64,000 nt of DNA from NCBI GenBank assembly GCA_963821045.1, contig CAWGCB010000006.1, positions 619,714-683,713 of the forward strand. The letters are read 5' to 3'. Position numbers and translations under genes: made by a program. The notes under the pieces were generated by a model. The model ran no database searches. It worked only from the letters and a program-made list of their open reading frames with translations, and had not been told where the DNA came from. Shown piece after piece: positions 42,753 through 53,058 of the stretch. The stretch comes from an uncultured Actinomycetes bacterium (lineage in GTDB: Bacteria; Actinomycetota; Actinomycetes; S36-B12; UBA10799). Each line of letters opens with the position of its first letter. Within the stretch, counting starts at the first letter, position 1.

Positions 42753-42886
42753 GAGTCATGGGCACCTTCTTCGCGAAGTCGCCCGTTGCGGGGGGTCATG
42801 AGCAGTGTCCACCTCTGAGTCGGACATGCTGGACTTAGCGCAACCCACGCACCACAAACTGGCGAGCTATTGTCGCCAAAACCTAA

Positions 42887-43240
<354 letters not shown>

Positions 43241-43245
43241 AATCG

Positions 43246-45559
43246 ATGGACTACACGGGCCTGCGCGCAGAGCTACTAGATCGTCCAGGCCGACCTACGC
43301 TAGCGCGCCGTCGCGCGTTGGCGGGGCTGACTGACGATTGGCTGCAGTCCCTATTTGACGAGGCGGGTGCCGACCCAAATGAGACGGCGATCGTCGCCGT
43401 CGGAGGCCTTGGCCGGGGTGACTTCTGTGTCCATAGCGACCTCGATTTACTGCTCCTACATGAACCCAAAGCCGATGTAGCAGAGGTTGCCGACAAGATT
43501 TGGTATCCGATCTGGGACTCAGGAGTGCGTCTGGACCACAGTGTGCGGACCGTGGCCGAGGCCCGCAGGCTCGCTGGTAACGATCTCAAAGTCGACCTTG
43601 GTATTCTCGACGCGCGAACCGTTGCCGGTAACGGCGAACTAACGGACGCTTTGCGCGGTGCCGTCTTACAGGACTGGCGGGCGATGGCCAAACGACGCCT
43701 GCCCGAACTGCAAGAGGCTGTTGCGGAGCGCACTGGCCGAGCGGGTGTCCTGTCCAACTTGCTCGAACCAGACCTCAAGGAGTCATATGGGGGCTTGCGA
43801 GATGTGACCATCCTGCGGGCCATTGCGGCTTCGTGGATCGCCGACACAGATCACCAGTCGGTCAAGCGTGCGCACGACGAGTTACTCGATGTGCGCGATG
43901 CTTTGCACACGACAACCGGTCGCAATGTTGACCAACTCACCCTGCAAGAGCAACAGCCTGTTGCCGAACTCCTGCGAGGATCCCAACTCGGATGTTTTGC
44001 TCAGGCGCGTTCTAGCTGCCGGGCGCCGAATCGCCTACGCAAGCGATGTTGCGTGGCATCGGGTCGACCGAGCCATCGCCCCCAAGGCCCGCTTTAGTTC
44101 GGTCCGTCGCCTGCGTTCGGCCAAACCTGAACGTGCGCCGCTGACCGATGGTGTCGTCGTACAAGATGGCGAAGTCGTTCTGGCTGCAGATGCGCGCCCT
44201 GATCGAGACCCGGTACTGCTTTTGCGGGCAGCTGCGGCCGCCGCTCAGGCCGGTCTGCGACTTAGCCCCCATGCGGTAACGCGCCTCGCCGCGGAGAGCG
44301 CACCCATGCCAGTTCCCTGGCCCGCGAGTGCACGTGATGCGCTCGTGTCATTGCTCGGAGCGGGGCGATCGGCCGTGCCAGTTTGGGAGGCGCTCGATCA
44401 GGCAGACTTGATTACCCGGCTGATTCCGGAATGGGCAGTGGTGCGCAGCGCACCCCAGCGCAATCCAGTTCATAGATTTACCGTGGACCGGCATCTGGTC
44501 GAGGCGGCAGTCAACGCGGCGGCCTACACCCGAGAAGTCTCGCGGCCTGACTTACTGCTGGTCGGGGCACTTCTGCACGACATCGGGAAGGGCCAGCCAG
44601 GCGATCACACTGATGTCGGGATTGAGATCGTTTCCAGACTCGCTCCTCGGCTCGGATTCAACGAACCGGATAGTGAGATTCTGGTTGACCTCGTCCGATA
44701 CCACCTGCTTCTGCCCGACCAGGCGACGCGCCGCGATCTAGACGATCCAGCGACGGTCGAGACTGTCGTCGAGGCGGTGCAATCGGTGTCCGTGCTGGAC
44801 TTGTTGTACGCCCTGACTCGTGCAGATGCCACCGCAACCGGTCCGGCCGCGTGGACTCGTTGGAAGGCGAGCCTGGTCGCGGAGTTGGTCGCTCGGGCAC
44901 GAGCAACACTGGCGGGCGTCCCGCGAGAAATCCCGGATCAGTTCACCGAGGAGCAACGTGCCCTAGCGGATGCCCCTGGCGTGGCGGTCGCGATCGAAGC
45001 CGGCGAGGGAGCTTGGTGGATCACCGTTGCCGCAGATGACCGGGTTGGTTTGCTTGGTCTCATTGCTGGGGCATTTTCGGTCAACCGACTCGCAGTTCGC
45101 TCAGCTCGCACGGAGACCGTCGGTTCTCGTGCTGTCACGATGTGGTCCGTCATCCCGGAGTATGGCGATCCGCCGCCCCTCGATCGCCTCCGAGAGGACG
45201 TCCGGCTCGCCCTCAATGGCACGCTGGACATTAGTGGCAAGCTCGCTGCGCGGGCGAACGCCTACCGCAGACGGACCCCGATCGTTCGCCCAGCGCCGAG
45301 TTTCGATGTGGTCGAGGGGGCGTCCGCGCGGGCCACGGTCGTTGAGATTCGCGCCCACGATCGACCGGGTTTGCTGTACCTGGTCTCGACGGCAATCTCC
45401 CGTGCGGGAGTCTCCATATCTGCAGCTCAGGTGGCAACGCTGGGTTCTGAGATAGTGGACGTCTTTTACCTCGACGAGGCGGGGGAGTTGTTGACTGACG
45501 AACAGGTCAACACGGTTCGTAGTGCGGTGCTGGCGTCGCTGTCTGATTCCGACGGGTAA
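43246..45559 (+). CDS. glnD: [Protein-PII] uridylyl/adenylyl-transferase GlnD; frame broken once
   Basis: Fragments 43246-44097 and 43823-45559 join near ~43975 (+1). Nucleotidyltransferase region GGLGRGDFCVHSDLDLLLL, HD domain LLHDIGKG, and two C-terminal ACT-like regions. Confidence 0.9.
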
Positions 45560-45569
45560 CCTTGCAAAG

Positions 45570-47135
45570 GTGTTTAACGCTCTCTCTGATCGGCTTGCCT
45601 CGACGTTCAAGAACCTCCGAGGTAAAGGCCGCCTGTCCGAAGCCGATGTAGACGCGGCCGTCCGCGAGATCCGTACGGCTTTACTTGAGGCCGATGTATC
45701 GCTGCCCGTAGTGCGTGGGTTCTGTGCCCGCGTCAAAGAGCGAGCACTGAGTTCTGAGGTCTCCGGAGCGCTCAATCCCGCTCAGCAAGTCGTCAAGATT
45801 GTGCACTCTGAACTCATTGAGGTGCTCGGGGGCGAGACGCGGCGCCTTCGCTTCGCCAAACACCCTCCGACCGTCATCATGCTCGTGGGCCTGCAGGGTG
45901 CAGGCAAGACGACGCTAGCTGGAAAGCTGGCAAAGTGGCTCGACGGTCAAGACCATCGGACCCTGCTCGTAGCCGCCGACCTGCAGCGCCCCAACGCAGT
46001 CGATCAACTTTCCGTCGTCGCTGAGCGCGCTGGCGTTGGGATCTACGCCCCCGCGCCCGGAAACGGGGTGGGCGATCCGGTAGTCGTAGCCCGAGACAGC
46101 CTGGTCTACGCAAAAGACAACAGTTACGACATCGTCATTGTCGATACCGCCGGACGGCTGGCCATCGATGAAGAGTTGATGGGCCAGGCGCGAGGAATCC
46201 GTGACGCGGTCGAACCGAATGAGATCTTGTTCGTCGTTGACGCGATGATCGGTCAAGACGCTGTCAATACTGCGGTCTCTTTCGACGAAGGAGTCGGGTT
46301 CGACGGAGTCGTCTTGACCAAGCTCGACGGCGACGCTCGCGGTGGTGCCGCGCTGTCGGTGCGCGAGGTCACCGGTCGTCCGGTCATGTTCGCCTCAACC
46401 GGGGAGGGGCTCGACGACTTCGAGCAGTTCCACCCCGATCGCATGGCCTCGCGCATCCTCGACATGGGCGACATGCTCACCCTCATCGAACAGGCCGAGA
46501 AGGCCTTCGACGCTGATGAGGCGGCCGAGATTGCCCGCAAGATGGAGGCCGGAGACGACTTCACCCTTGAGGACTTTCTGCAGCAAATGCAGGCGATGAA
46601 AAAAATGGGCTCCCTGACCAAGCTCATGGGGATGATGCCCGGAATGGGGGATGTCCGCAAACAACTCGAGCAGGTCGATGACCGAGATATCAACCGGATT
46701 GCCGCCATCATCCAATCGATGACCCCGCAGGAGCGCCAGAACTCAAAGATCATCGATGGTTCCCGGCGAGCCCGTATCGCTAAGGGTTCAGGGGTGCAAG
46801 TCAGCGAGGTCAATAATCTGTTGAACCGCTTCGTCGAGGCGCAGAAGATGATGAAGCAAATGCGCAAGGGTGGTGGCATGCCAGGAATGCCATCGGTTCC
46901 TGGGCTCGGCCGCGCTCAGAGCAAGAAAGCGAAAGGCAAGGCAGGGGCACGCAAGAACAAGAAGGGTCGCTCTGGCAACCCTGCCAAACGAGCCCAACAG
47001 GCCGCCGCGCCGAGCCCTAGTTCGAGCGAGCCTGGGTCGGGGCTAGGTGCTGGCGCGGGTAGCGCTGCGCCGGAATCCATTGAAGAGTTGCCAGAGGAGT
47101 TTCAGAAAATGCTGGGCGGTCTAGGCAAGCAGTAG
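45570..47135 (+). CDS. ffh: Signal recognition particle protein Ffh
   Basis: GTG at 45570 gives VFNALSDRLASTFKNLRGKGRL. GTPase motifs GLQGAGKTT, DTAGRL and TKLDGD, a Met-rich M domain, and a basic tail. Confidence 0.95.
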   Translation: MFNALSDRLASTFKNLRGKGRLSEADVDAAVREIRTALLEADVSLPVVRGFCARVKERALSSEVSGALNPAQQVVKIVHSELIEVLGGETRRLRFAKHPPTVIMLVGLQGAGKTTLAGKLAKWLDGQDHRTLLVAADLQRPNAVDQLSVVAERAGVGIYAPAPGNGVGDPVVVARDSLVYAKDNSYDIVIVDTAGRLAIDEELMGQARGIRDAVEPNEILFVVDAMIGQDAVNTAVSFDEGVGFDGVVLTKLDGDARGGAALSVREVTGRPVMFASTGEGLDDFEQFHPDRMASRILDMGDMLTLIEQAEKAFDADEAAEIARKMEAGDDFTLEDFLQQMQAMKKMGSLTKLMGMMPGMGDVRKQLEQVDDRDINRIAAIIQSMTPQERQNSKIIDGSRRARIAKGSGVQVSEVNNLLNRFVEAQKMMKQMRKGGGMPGMPSVPGLGRAQSKKAKGKAGARKNKKGRSGNPAKRAQQAAAPSPSSSEPGSGLGAGAGSAAPESIEELPEEFQKMLGGLGKQ

Positions 47136-47293
47136 CCCACCTGCGTCGAAGCGGTCGGGTTCTGGCACACTTGGTAGGTCGAACCGGACGCGTGGCCCCT
47201 CTCACCACGATGAACCGGATCCAGCGACGGCTCTAGATGCAACCCACTGCGTCGCGGGCTTGAGCAACTCAAACGCAGGAGAACTACTAACTC

Positions 47294-47866
47294 GTGTCTG
47301 TCAAAATCAAACTGAAGCGACTTGGAAACATTCGCAACCCGCAGTACCGCATCGTTATCGCCGACGCACGCAAGAAGCGTGACGGACGGGTCATCGAAGA
47401 GGTTGGCATTTACCACCCCAAAGAAGAGCCGTCGTTGATTCGCGTTGACGGCGACCGTGTTGCCTACTGGCTAGGCGTCGGCGCTCAACCCACCGACCCA
47501 GTGCGAGCGATCCTCAAGGTCACAGGCGACTGGCAGAAGTTCAAGGGCGAGCCTGGCGCAGAAGGAACTTTGCGAGTAGCTGACGAAAAGTCAGACAAGG
47601 TCACCCTATTTGCCGCCGCCGTCGCTGACGGTGAGAAGGCCAAGAGTGAACCTGCCCCTAAGGCCAAGAAGTCCGAAACGCCATCGGAGAGCGCAAAAGA
47701 AGAAGCCGCAGTTGAAGCTGAGGTAGCGACCGCCGACGCAGAGATCGCCGAGGAAGTTGCCCAAGAAGCTGCGGAGGCCTCACCCGAGGTTGCGGCTGAG
47801 CAAGCCGAAGCCGGCGCAGAAGAACTGAAGAAGGCGCAAGACGAGATCAAGGCCGAGGACGCCTAG
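47294..47866 (+). CDS. rpsP: 30S ribosomal protein S16 with Ala/Glu-rich C-terminal extension
   Basis: N-terminus [40 protein letters not shown]. Confidence 0.95.
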   Translation: MSVKIKLKRLGNIRNPQYRIVIADARKKRDGRVIEEVGIYHPKEEPSLIRVDGDRVAYWLGVGAQPTDPVRAILKVTGDWQKFKGEPGAEGTLRVADEKSDKVTLFAAAVADGEKAKSEPAPKAKKSETPSESAKEEAAVEAEVATADAEIAEEVAQEAAEASPEVAAEQAEAGAEELKKAQDEIKAEDA

Positions 47867-48108
47867 TGCTAGTCGACGCACTCGACCACCTTGTCCGTGG
47901 CATCGTCAGCAATCCCGATGACGTCGACGTAAGTGTTCGCAAGGGCCGAGGCCGAGGCACGACCCTCGACGTACGCGTCAACCCCAGTGATATGGGGCGG
48001 GTTATCGGTCGCGCTGGTCGAACGGCGACTGCACTGCGAACTGTGATTGGTGCACTCGACCGGAACGGTCCCGTGCGGATCGACTTCTTGGATGTCAACG
48101 GACGCTAG
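47866..48108 (+). CDS. KH-domain RNA-binding protein
   Basis: 80-aa ORF with GRVIGRAGRTATALRTV. Conserved position between rpsP and rimM. Confidence 0.85.
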   Translation: MLVDALDHLVRGIVSNPDDVDVSVRKGRGRGTTLDVRVNPSDMGRVIGRAGRTATALRTVIGALDRNGPVRIDFLDVNGR

Positions 48109-48676
48109 TTCGCCGCGGATCCGAGTGGTCGTCGGACGCGTCGGGCGACCAAACGGTATTCGTGGCGGTGTGTTTGTCCTGCCGCTGACCGATTCACCGG
48201 AGCAGCGATTCGCGGTGGGTCAGCAAGTTCTTGCTGGCCCACCAGCGGATCGCGCTCTAGTGGTTTCGGACCTTCGATTTCACAACGGCAAGATGATCGT
48301 CACCTTCGAGGGCCAGCAGACTCGCGAGGATGCCGAGGCTCTTCGCCATTGCGTTCTGGAGACGGAGGTGTCGTCGTCTGAGACACCAGAGGATCCTGAC
48401 GAGTACTACGACCGTCAACTCCACGGTTTGGACGTGGCGGATCCGAACGGCCACGTCCTCGGCAAGGTGCTGACGGTACTGCACCTGCCCGCCCAAGACG
48501 TCTTAGAAATCAAACTCAATGACGGCCCGATTCGGCTCGTGCCCTTCGTTAAAGAGATCGTGACCGCTGTCGACATCTCCGAGGGCCTAGTAACGATCTC
48601 CCCTCCGGAGGGGTTGCTCGACGGCGAGGATTTCGGCGATACGAGTCCGGCTGATGGTTCGCCCGATGCGAGTTGA
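48092..48676 (+). CDS. rimM: 16S rRNA processing protein RimM
   Basis: VVVGRVGRPNGIRGGVFV and a C-terminal PRC-barrel-like part. The start is chosen at ATG 48092, although the ORF is open from 48047. Confidence 0.85.
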   Translation: MSTDASSPRIRVVVGRVGRPNGIRGGVFVLPLTDSPEQRFAVGQQVLAGPPADRALVVSDLRFHNGKMIVTFEGQQTREDAEALRHCVLETEVSSSETPEDPDEYYDRQLHGLDVADPNGHVLGKVLTVLHLPAQDVLEIKLNDGPIRLVPFVKEIVTAVDISEGLVTISPPEGLLDGEDFGDTSPADGSPDAS

Positions 48677-49439
48677 CGTTGTCTCCATCTTTCCGGAGTA
48701 CCTTTCCCCGCTGAACCTGTCGCTCATCGGCAAGGCCATCAGGCGAGGCGATGTTGACGTGGCAGTGCATGATCTGCGCGACTTCACCAGCGATCCGCAC
48801 CGCACGGTTGATGACGCAGCCTTTGGTGGCGGACCGGGGATGGTCATGAGGCCCCAGCCCTGGGGCGAAGCGCTCGACTACGTGCGCAAGCTCGGATCGG
48901 CGGATGTGCGTCCTACATTGGTCATTCCGACACCGAGCGGCACGAAGTTCACTCAGCCAGTTGCCGACGAACTCGCTCAACGTGACTGGTTGATCTTCGC
49001 TTGCGGGAGGTACGAAGGGATCGACGCTCGCGTCGCCGCGTACTACAGCGACGAGATGGATGTCCTAGAGGTATCCGTCGGCGACTATGTGCTGGCTGGC
49101 GGGGAGGCTGCCGTTTTGGTGATCTGCGAAGCGGTCATCCGACTGCTTCCGGGAGTACTGGGCAATGTGAACAGCGCCCCCGACGATAGTTTTGCTAAGG
49201 AACGTGATGGCGCGGCGCTAGAGGGCCCCGTCTACACCCGACCCGCGCAATGGCGAGGTTTGGGTGTTCCCGAGGTCTTACTGTCCGGTCATCACGAACA
49301 TATTGCGAGATGGCGTGAGCAAGAATCCGCCGCGCGAACAGCGCGGAACCGGCCTGACCTCGTTGCGGCGACTCGAGACGAACGGCCCACCGAGCGCGAA
49401 GTGCTAGATCCACCAGCCGATCCCCGGTCGGGAGCCTGA
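48666..49439 (+). CDS. trmD: tRNA (guanine37-N1)-methyltransferase
   Basis: MRVDVVSIFPEYLSPL, DDAAFGGGPGMVM, CGRYEGIDARV and VLLSGHHEHIARWR. Confidence 0.95.
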   Translation: MRVDVVSIFPEYLSPLNLSLIGKAIRRGDVDVAVHDLRDFTSDPHRTVDDAAFGGGPGMVMRPQPWGEALDYVRKLGSADVRPTLVIPTPSGTKFTQPVADELAQRDWLIFACGRYEGIDARVAAYYSDEMDVLEVSVGDYVLAGGEAAVLVICEAVIRLLPGVLGNVNSAPDDSFAKERDGAALEGPVYTRPAQWRGLGVPEVLLSGHHEHIARWREQESAARTARNRPDLVAATRDERPTEREVLDPPADPRSGA

Positions 49440-49458
49440 CGTCAACTCCACCAGTGTG

Positions 49459-49506
49459 CCTGTGGCAGACTTGGCGGTTGCGTCGACGGGTATCACCTGC
49501 CACAGG
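49459..49506 (+). terminator. Stem-loop after trmD (weak terminator candidate)
   Basis: Perfect 10-bp inverted repeat CCTGTGGCAG (49459-49468) / CTGCCACAGG (49497-49506) with a 28-nt loop. It is followed only by GGGTTTG, so the U tract is poor. Confidence 0.3.
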
Positions 49507-49606
49507 GGGTTTGCTCAAAAGTCGCGCAATCCATTAGACAGTTTCGGTCGATGACCGGACCACCAGCACTACGGCGACCTGTGGCGGGCGTAGCTGCGGG
49601 AGAATT

Positions 49607-49960
49607 ATGAACCCGTTAGATGAACTTGATGCTGCTTCATTGCGCGACGATGTGCCGGACTTCCGTCCCGGTGACTCACTAAAGGTCCATGTGAAGGTCG
49701 TCGAAGGCAGCCGCTCACGTATCCAGGTGTTCGCCGGTGTCGTGATCCGTCGTCAAGGTGGCGGACTCCAAGAGACGTTCACCGTTCGCAAGGTCAGCTT
49801 TGGAACCGGTGTCGAGCGCACCTTCCCGGTTCACTCCCCGATCATCGACCACATCGAGCTAGTCAGCCGTGGTGACGTGCGCCGTGCGAAGTTGTACTAC
49901 CTGCGCGACCTGCGCGGTAAGGCCGCCAAGATCCGCGAGAAGCGCGAACCTGCCAAGTAG
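49607..49960 (+). CDS. rplS: 50S ribosomal protein L19
   Basis: 117-aa ORF with [29 protein letters not shown] and [18 protein letters not shown]. Confidence 0.95.
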   Translation: MNPLDELDAASLRDDVPDFRPGDSLKVHVKVVEGSRSRIQVFAGVVIRRQGGGLQETFTVRKVSFGTGVERTFPVHSPIIDHIELVSRGDVRRAKLYYLRDLRGKAAKIREKREPAK

Positions 49961-49985
49961 GAACGGTTTCGCGGGCGACACGTCA

Positions 49986-50666
49986 GTGACCTCGCGAACA
50001 GAAGATGGCGGTCCAGTTTTGGAAGAACAACGGGGGCGGTCGACTCCGACGCCGGGGTCGACCGGGGTTCACGCCGCTGACGAGCGTGGTGGCCGACGGA
50101 TCCTGGTAGAGGTGGGCATCCTGATCGCAGCCGCCTTGCTCGGTGCGTTCGTCATGAAGACGTTCGTCGCTCAAGTGTTCTCAATACCGTCAGGATCGAT
50201 GCAAAGCACGCTCGCAGTTGGCGAGCGAGTAGCGGTCGAGAAAATCAGCTACCGGACATCCGAGCCGGTACGCGGTGACGTCGTCGTATTCGACGGTACC
50301 GGGCTGTTCGCTTCGCCTGTTCCTGGAGACTCGACGTTCATCAAACGCGTCATCGGGCTGCCAGGGGAGCGAGTGACGTGCTGTGACACCTCCGGTCGAG
50401 TCCTCATTGATGGCGCTCCACTTCAAGAGCAGGAATACCTCTTTGAGTCCGACCAAGCAAGTAAGGTTCGATTCGACGTCGAGGTTCCGCCAGAGAAAAT
50501 CTGGGTGATGGGGGATCATCGAAGTGCCTCCGCAGACTCCCGGGCTTACCTCGGCGCGCCAGGCGGAGGATTCATTCCAATAGATCGAGTGGTTGGCAAG
50601 GCCAGGTGGGTGATCTGGCCGCTATCCTCGGCGAGATCGATCGATTCTCCAAGCTACGGGGGCTAG
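49986..50666 (+). CDS. lepB: Signal peptidase I (copy 1)
   Basis: SIPSGSMQSTL (catalytic Ser box), IKRVIGLPGE and GDHRSASADSR. GTG at 49986 follows the rplS stop. Confidence 0.9.
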   Translation: MTSRTEDGGPVLEEQRGRSTPTPGSTGVHAADERGGRRILVEVGILIAAALLGAFVMKTFVAQVFSIPSGSMQSTLAVGERVAVEKISYRTSEPVRGDVVVFDGTGLFASPVPGDSTFIKRVIGLPGERVTCCDTSGRVLIDGAPLQEQEYLFESDQASKVRFDVEVPPEKIWVMGDHRSASADSRAYLGAPGGGFIPIDRVVGKARWVIWPLSSARSIDSPSYGG

Positions 50667-50670
50667 CGCG

Positions 50671-51420
50671 TTGACTGCAGAGGAGACATCTGGGGTGGCA
50701 ACTGCCAACGACGACGATAAACAGGGCGGCGCGTGGAGCTTTGCCCGCGAGGTCGCCATCGTGTTGGTTTGCGCGCTGGTGCTTTCGGTGATAGTTCGGA
50801 CGTTCTTCGTGCAGGCCTTCTATGTCCCAAGCGCATCGATGGAGAACACCTTGCTCATTGATGATCGAATCTTGGCGTCAAAGATCACCACATCGATTTC
50901 TGGCGTGAAGCGTGGCGAAGTCATCGTGTTCAAGGATCCGGGAGACTGGCTTCCCAAGGCCAAGACCGAGGTTGGTCCGGTATCCAAGGCGCTTGAGTTC
51001 ATCGGTTTGCTCCCTTCCAGCGCAGGCGATGATCTCGTGAAGCGCGCGATCGCGCTGGGGGGCGATCGCATCATGTGCTGCAATGCCGACGGTCAAATCG
51101 TCCTCAACGGGATTGGACTCCAAGAGCCTTACATCAAGCCAGGGCGCGGCACCGACCAAGTGAATTTCGATGTGATTGTGCCGCCAGACTCCGTTTTTGT
51201 TATGGGCGATAACCGAGCCGCCTCGGCGGATTCGCGGTATCACTTGGATCAGAATGACGGTGGGGTTCCACTGGATAATGTCGTGGGTCGAGTAGTCCTG
51301 AAGGTCTGGCCGCTAGACCAGTTCGGAACCGTTCCCATCCCGGACGTGCCCTTCGGTAATCCCGCGCTGGCCAATCAGCCCTCCGACACGTCTCCGGCAG
51401 CAGCCAATCCCACGCCCTAG
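50671..51420 (+). CDS. lepB: Signal peptidase I (copy 2)
   Basis: VPSASMENTLL, VKRAIALGGD and GDNRAASADSR. Tandem paralogue of the preceding gene. Confidence 0.9.
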   Translation: MTAEETSGVATANDDDKQGGAWSFAREVAIVLVCALVLSVIVRTFFVQAFYVPSASMENTLLIDDRILASKITTSISGVKRGEVIVFKDPGDWLPKAKTEVGPVSKALEFIGLLPSSAGDDLVKRAIALGGDRIMCCNADGQIVLNGIGLQEPYIKPGRGTDQVNFDVIVPPDSVFVMGDNRAASADSRYHLDQNDGGVPLDNVVGRVVLKVWPLDQFGTVPIPDVPFGNPALANQPSDTSPAAANPTP

Positions 51421-51451
51421 CTGCACCCTGCGCGGTTATGCTGGCTCGACC

Positions 51452-52234
51452 ATGACAGTTCAGATTCCTCGGCACGTGCGCCGTGCACGAGTGGGCGGAT
51501 CGGACGGTGACCTATTCCGGTACGAGATGGCGATTCGACGCTCCGGCTTCGAATCGGTTGCCGGAATAGACGAAGCCGGCCGGGGAGCGTGCGCTGGTCC
51601 GCTGGTAGTCGCGGCAGCGATCCTGGATTCGCAGTCACCGCAATGCCACAGGGCGCTAGCCGAACTCAACGATTCCAAGAAACTAAGCGCGCAATCGCGT
51701 GAACGAGTCGCAGCTCAAGTCAAGCAGACGGCACGAGCCTGGGTGACGGTGGTGATCCCGGCTCAGGAAGTCGACCGGATTGGCCTACACGTCGCCAATC
51801 TGCAGGGGATGCGCCGGGCGCTCGCAAGACTCGGCCAGACGCCTGACTACGTCCTCACCGACGGTTTCCCAGTGCCCGGCCTATCGGTTCCAAGCCTTGG
51901 CGTCTGGAAGGGCGATGAGGTGAGTGCCTGCGTCAGTGCGGCCGGTGTGCTGGCCAAAGTTGAGCGTGACAGGATCATGGCGGAATTAGACGGGCACTGG
52001 CCGCAGTACGGGTTCGCGGAGCACAAGGGGTACGTAACCGCCATGCATCGGCAGGCGTTGAGAAGCTTCGGACCGTCGCCGGTTCACCGGTTCTGCTTCG
52101 CCCCGGTTCGTCAGGCTTTCACTCAGCAGATACGGTCAGGGGACTCACCGCGAGCTACGGTGCGAGGCCGCCTGCCAGCAGAGTCTGCACGACAAGCGCG
52201 AACGGTTATCGATCAGCAGGAGGGCGTGGCGTGA
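51452..52234 (+). CDS. rnhB: Ribonuclease HII
   Basis: GIDEAGRGACAGPLVVAAA, LNDSKKLS and HKGY. Confidence 0.9.
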   Translation: MTVQIPRHVRRARVGGSDGDLFRYEMAIRRSGFESVAGIDEAGRGACAGPLVVAAAILDSQSPQCHRALAELNDSKKLSAQSRERVAAQVKQTARAWVTVVIPAQEVDRIGLHVANLQGMRRALARLGQTPDYVLTDGFPVPGLSVPSLGVWKGDEVSACVSAAGVLAKVERDRIMAELDGHWPQYGFAEHKGYVTAMHRQALRSFGPSPVHRFCFAPVRQAFTQQIRSGDSPRATVRGRLPAESARQARTVIDQQEGVA

Positions 52235-52521
52235 GCACGGAGGATCTAGAGCGGTACGAGACTGAGGTCGAGCTTGCCCTCTACCGTGAGTATCGCGACA
52301 TCGTCGGCTCGTACAAGCATGTTGTTGAGACTGAGCGCCGCTTCTATCTGACGAATAGCGTCGACGTCGTTGTCCACGCAACGGACGGTGGGGAAGTCTA
52401 TTTCGAGGTCAACATGAGTGATGCGTGGGTTTGGGACATGTATCGCCAGGCGCGATTTGTACGCAAAGTGCGGGTGCTCACCTTCAAAGACGTGAATGTT
52501 GAGGAACTAAACGCCGAATAG
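52231..52521 (+). CDS. DUF2469-family protein
   Basis: 96-aa ORF (EDLERYETEVELALYREYRDIVG...). Conserved actinobacterial neighbour of rnhB. 4-nt overlap with rnhB. Confidence 0.8.
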   Translation: MSTEDLERYETEVELALYREYRDIVGSYKHVVETERRFYLTNSVDVVVHATDGGEVYFEVNMSDAWVWDMYRQARFVRKVRVLTFKDVNVEELNAE

Positions 52522-52578
52522 CTCTCGCCAAGGGCGGCTTTTGCACACCAACCGTTCGTCGTTGCGGGATGCCACAGT

Positions 52579-52612
52579 TTTCCACAGCCGACCCGTTTCC
52601 ACAGCAGACCCG
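52579..52612. repeat. Tandem direct repeat, 2 x 17 nt
   Basis: TTTCCACAGCCGACCCG (52579-52595) is followed immediately by TTTCCACAGCAGACCCG (52596-52612), with 1 mismatch. A further CCACAG lies at 52572. Confidence 0.7.
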
Positions 52613-52653
52613 ACTGTCCCGACGCGTCCGCCCCGTTTCCGGCAGTCTGCTCG

Positions 52654-53058
52654 TTGGGGGTGGGGTCCATGTCGAGATCACCAGCAGCAGGGCAGCCAAA
52701 GAGGCTTCGTTCGAACTCATTGGGTCGCTACGGCGAGGATGTAGCGGCTCGGTATTTGCAGGATTCCGGAATCGTCGTGCTCGACCGCAACTGGCGTGGA
52801 GGCAGCGGAGAGATCGACCTGGTTGGACTGGACGGGGCCGTCCTGGTCATTTGCGAGGTCAAAACCCGGACGAACGATCGCTACGGTGGCCCACTGGCTG
52901 CTATCACGCATGAGAAGTTGGCCAGACTTCGAAGACTTGCTGGAGAGTGGGTCGCTGCTCATCCATGTAGCGTCGACGGGCTACGAATCGATGTAGTCGC
53001 AATCTGGCGCCCGGCACGGGGAGCTGCCCGCGTCCAACACCTAGTCGGAGTCCACTGA
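52654..53058 (+). CDS. yraN: YraN-family (UPF0102) endonuclease-like protein
   Basis: 134-aa ORF with GEDVAARYL...LDRNWR...GEIDLV...VICEVKTR. Confidence 0.85.
   Translation: MGVGSMSRSPAAGQPKRLRSNSLGRYGEDVAARYLQDSGIVVLDRNWRGGSGEIDLVGLDGAVLVICEVKTRTNDRYGGPLAAITHEKLARLRRLAGEWVAAHPCSVDGLRIDVVAIWRPARGAARVQHLVGVH

Noticed and set aside
42599-42838. A 79-aa ORF (and the 62-aa ORF 42611-42799 on the other strand) in the spacer between the PII genes.
   Set aside because: The composition is Arg/Pro/Gly-rich, and the region is dominated by long inverted repeats. It is better explained as structured non-coding sequence.
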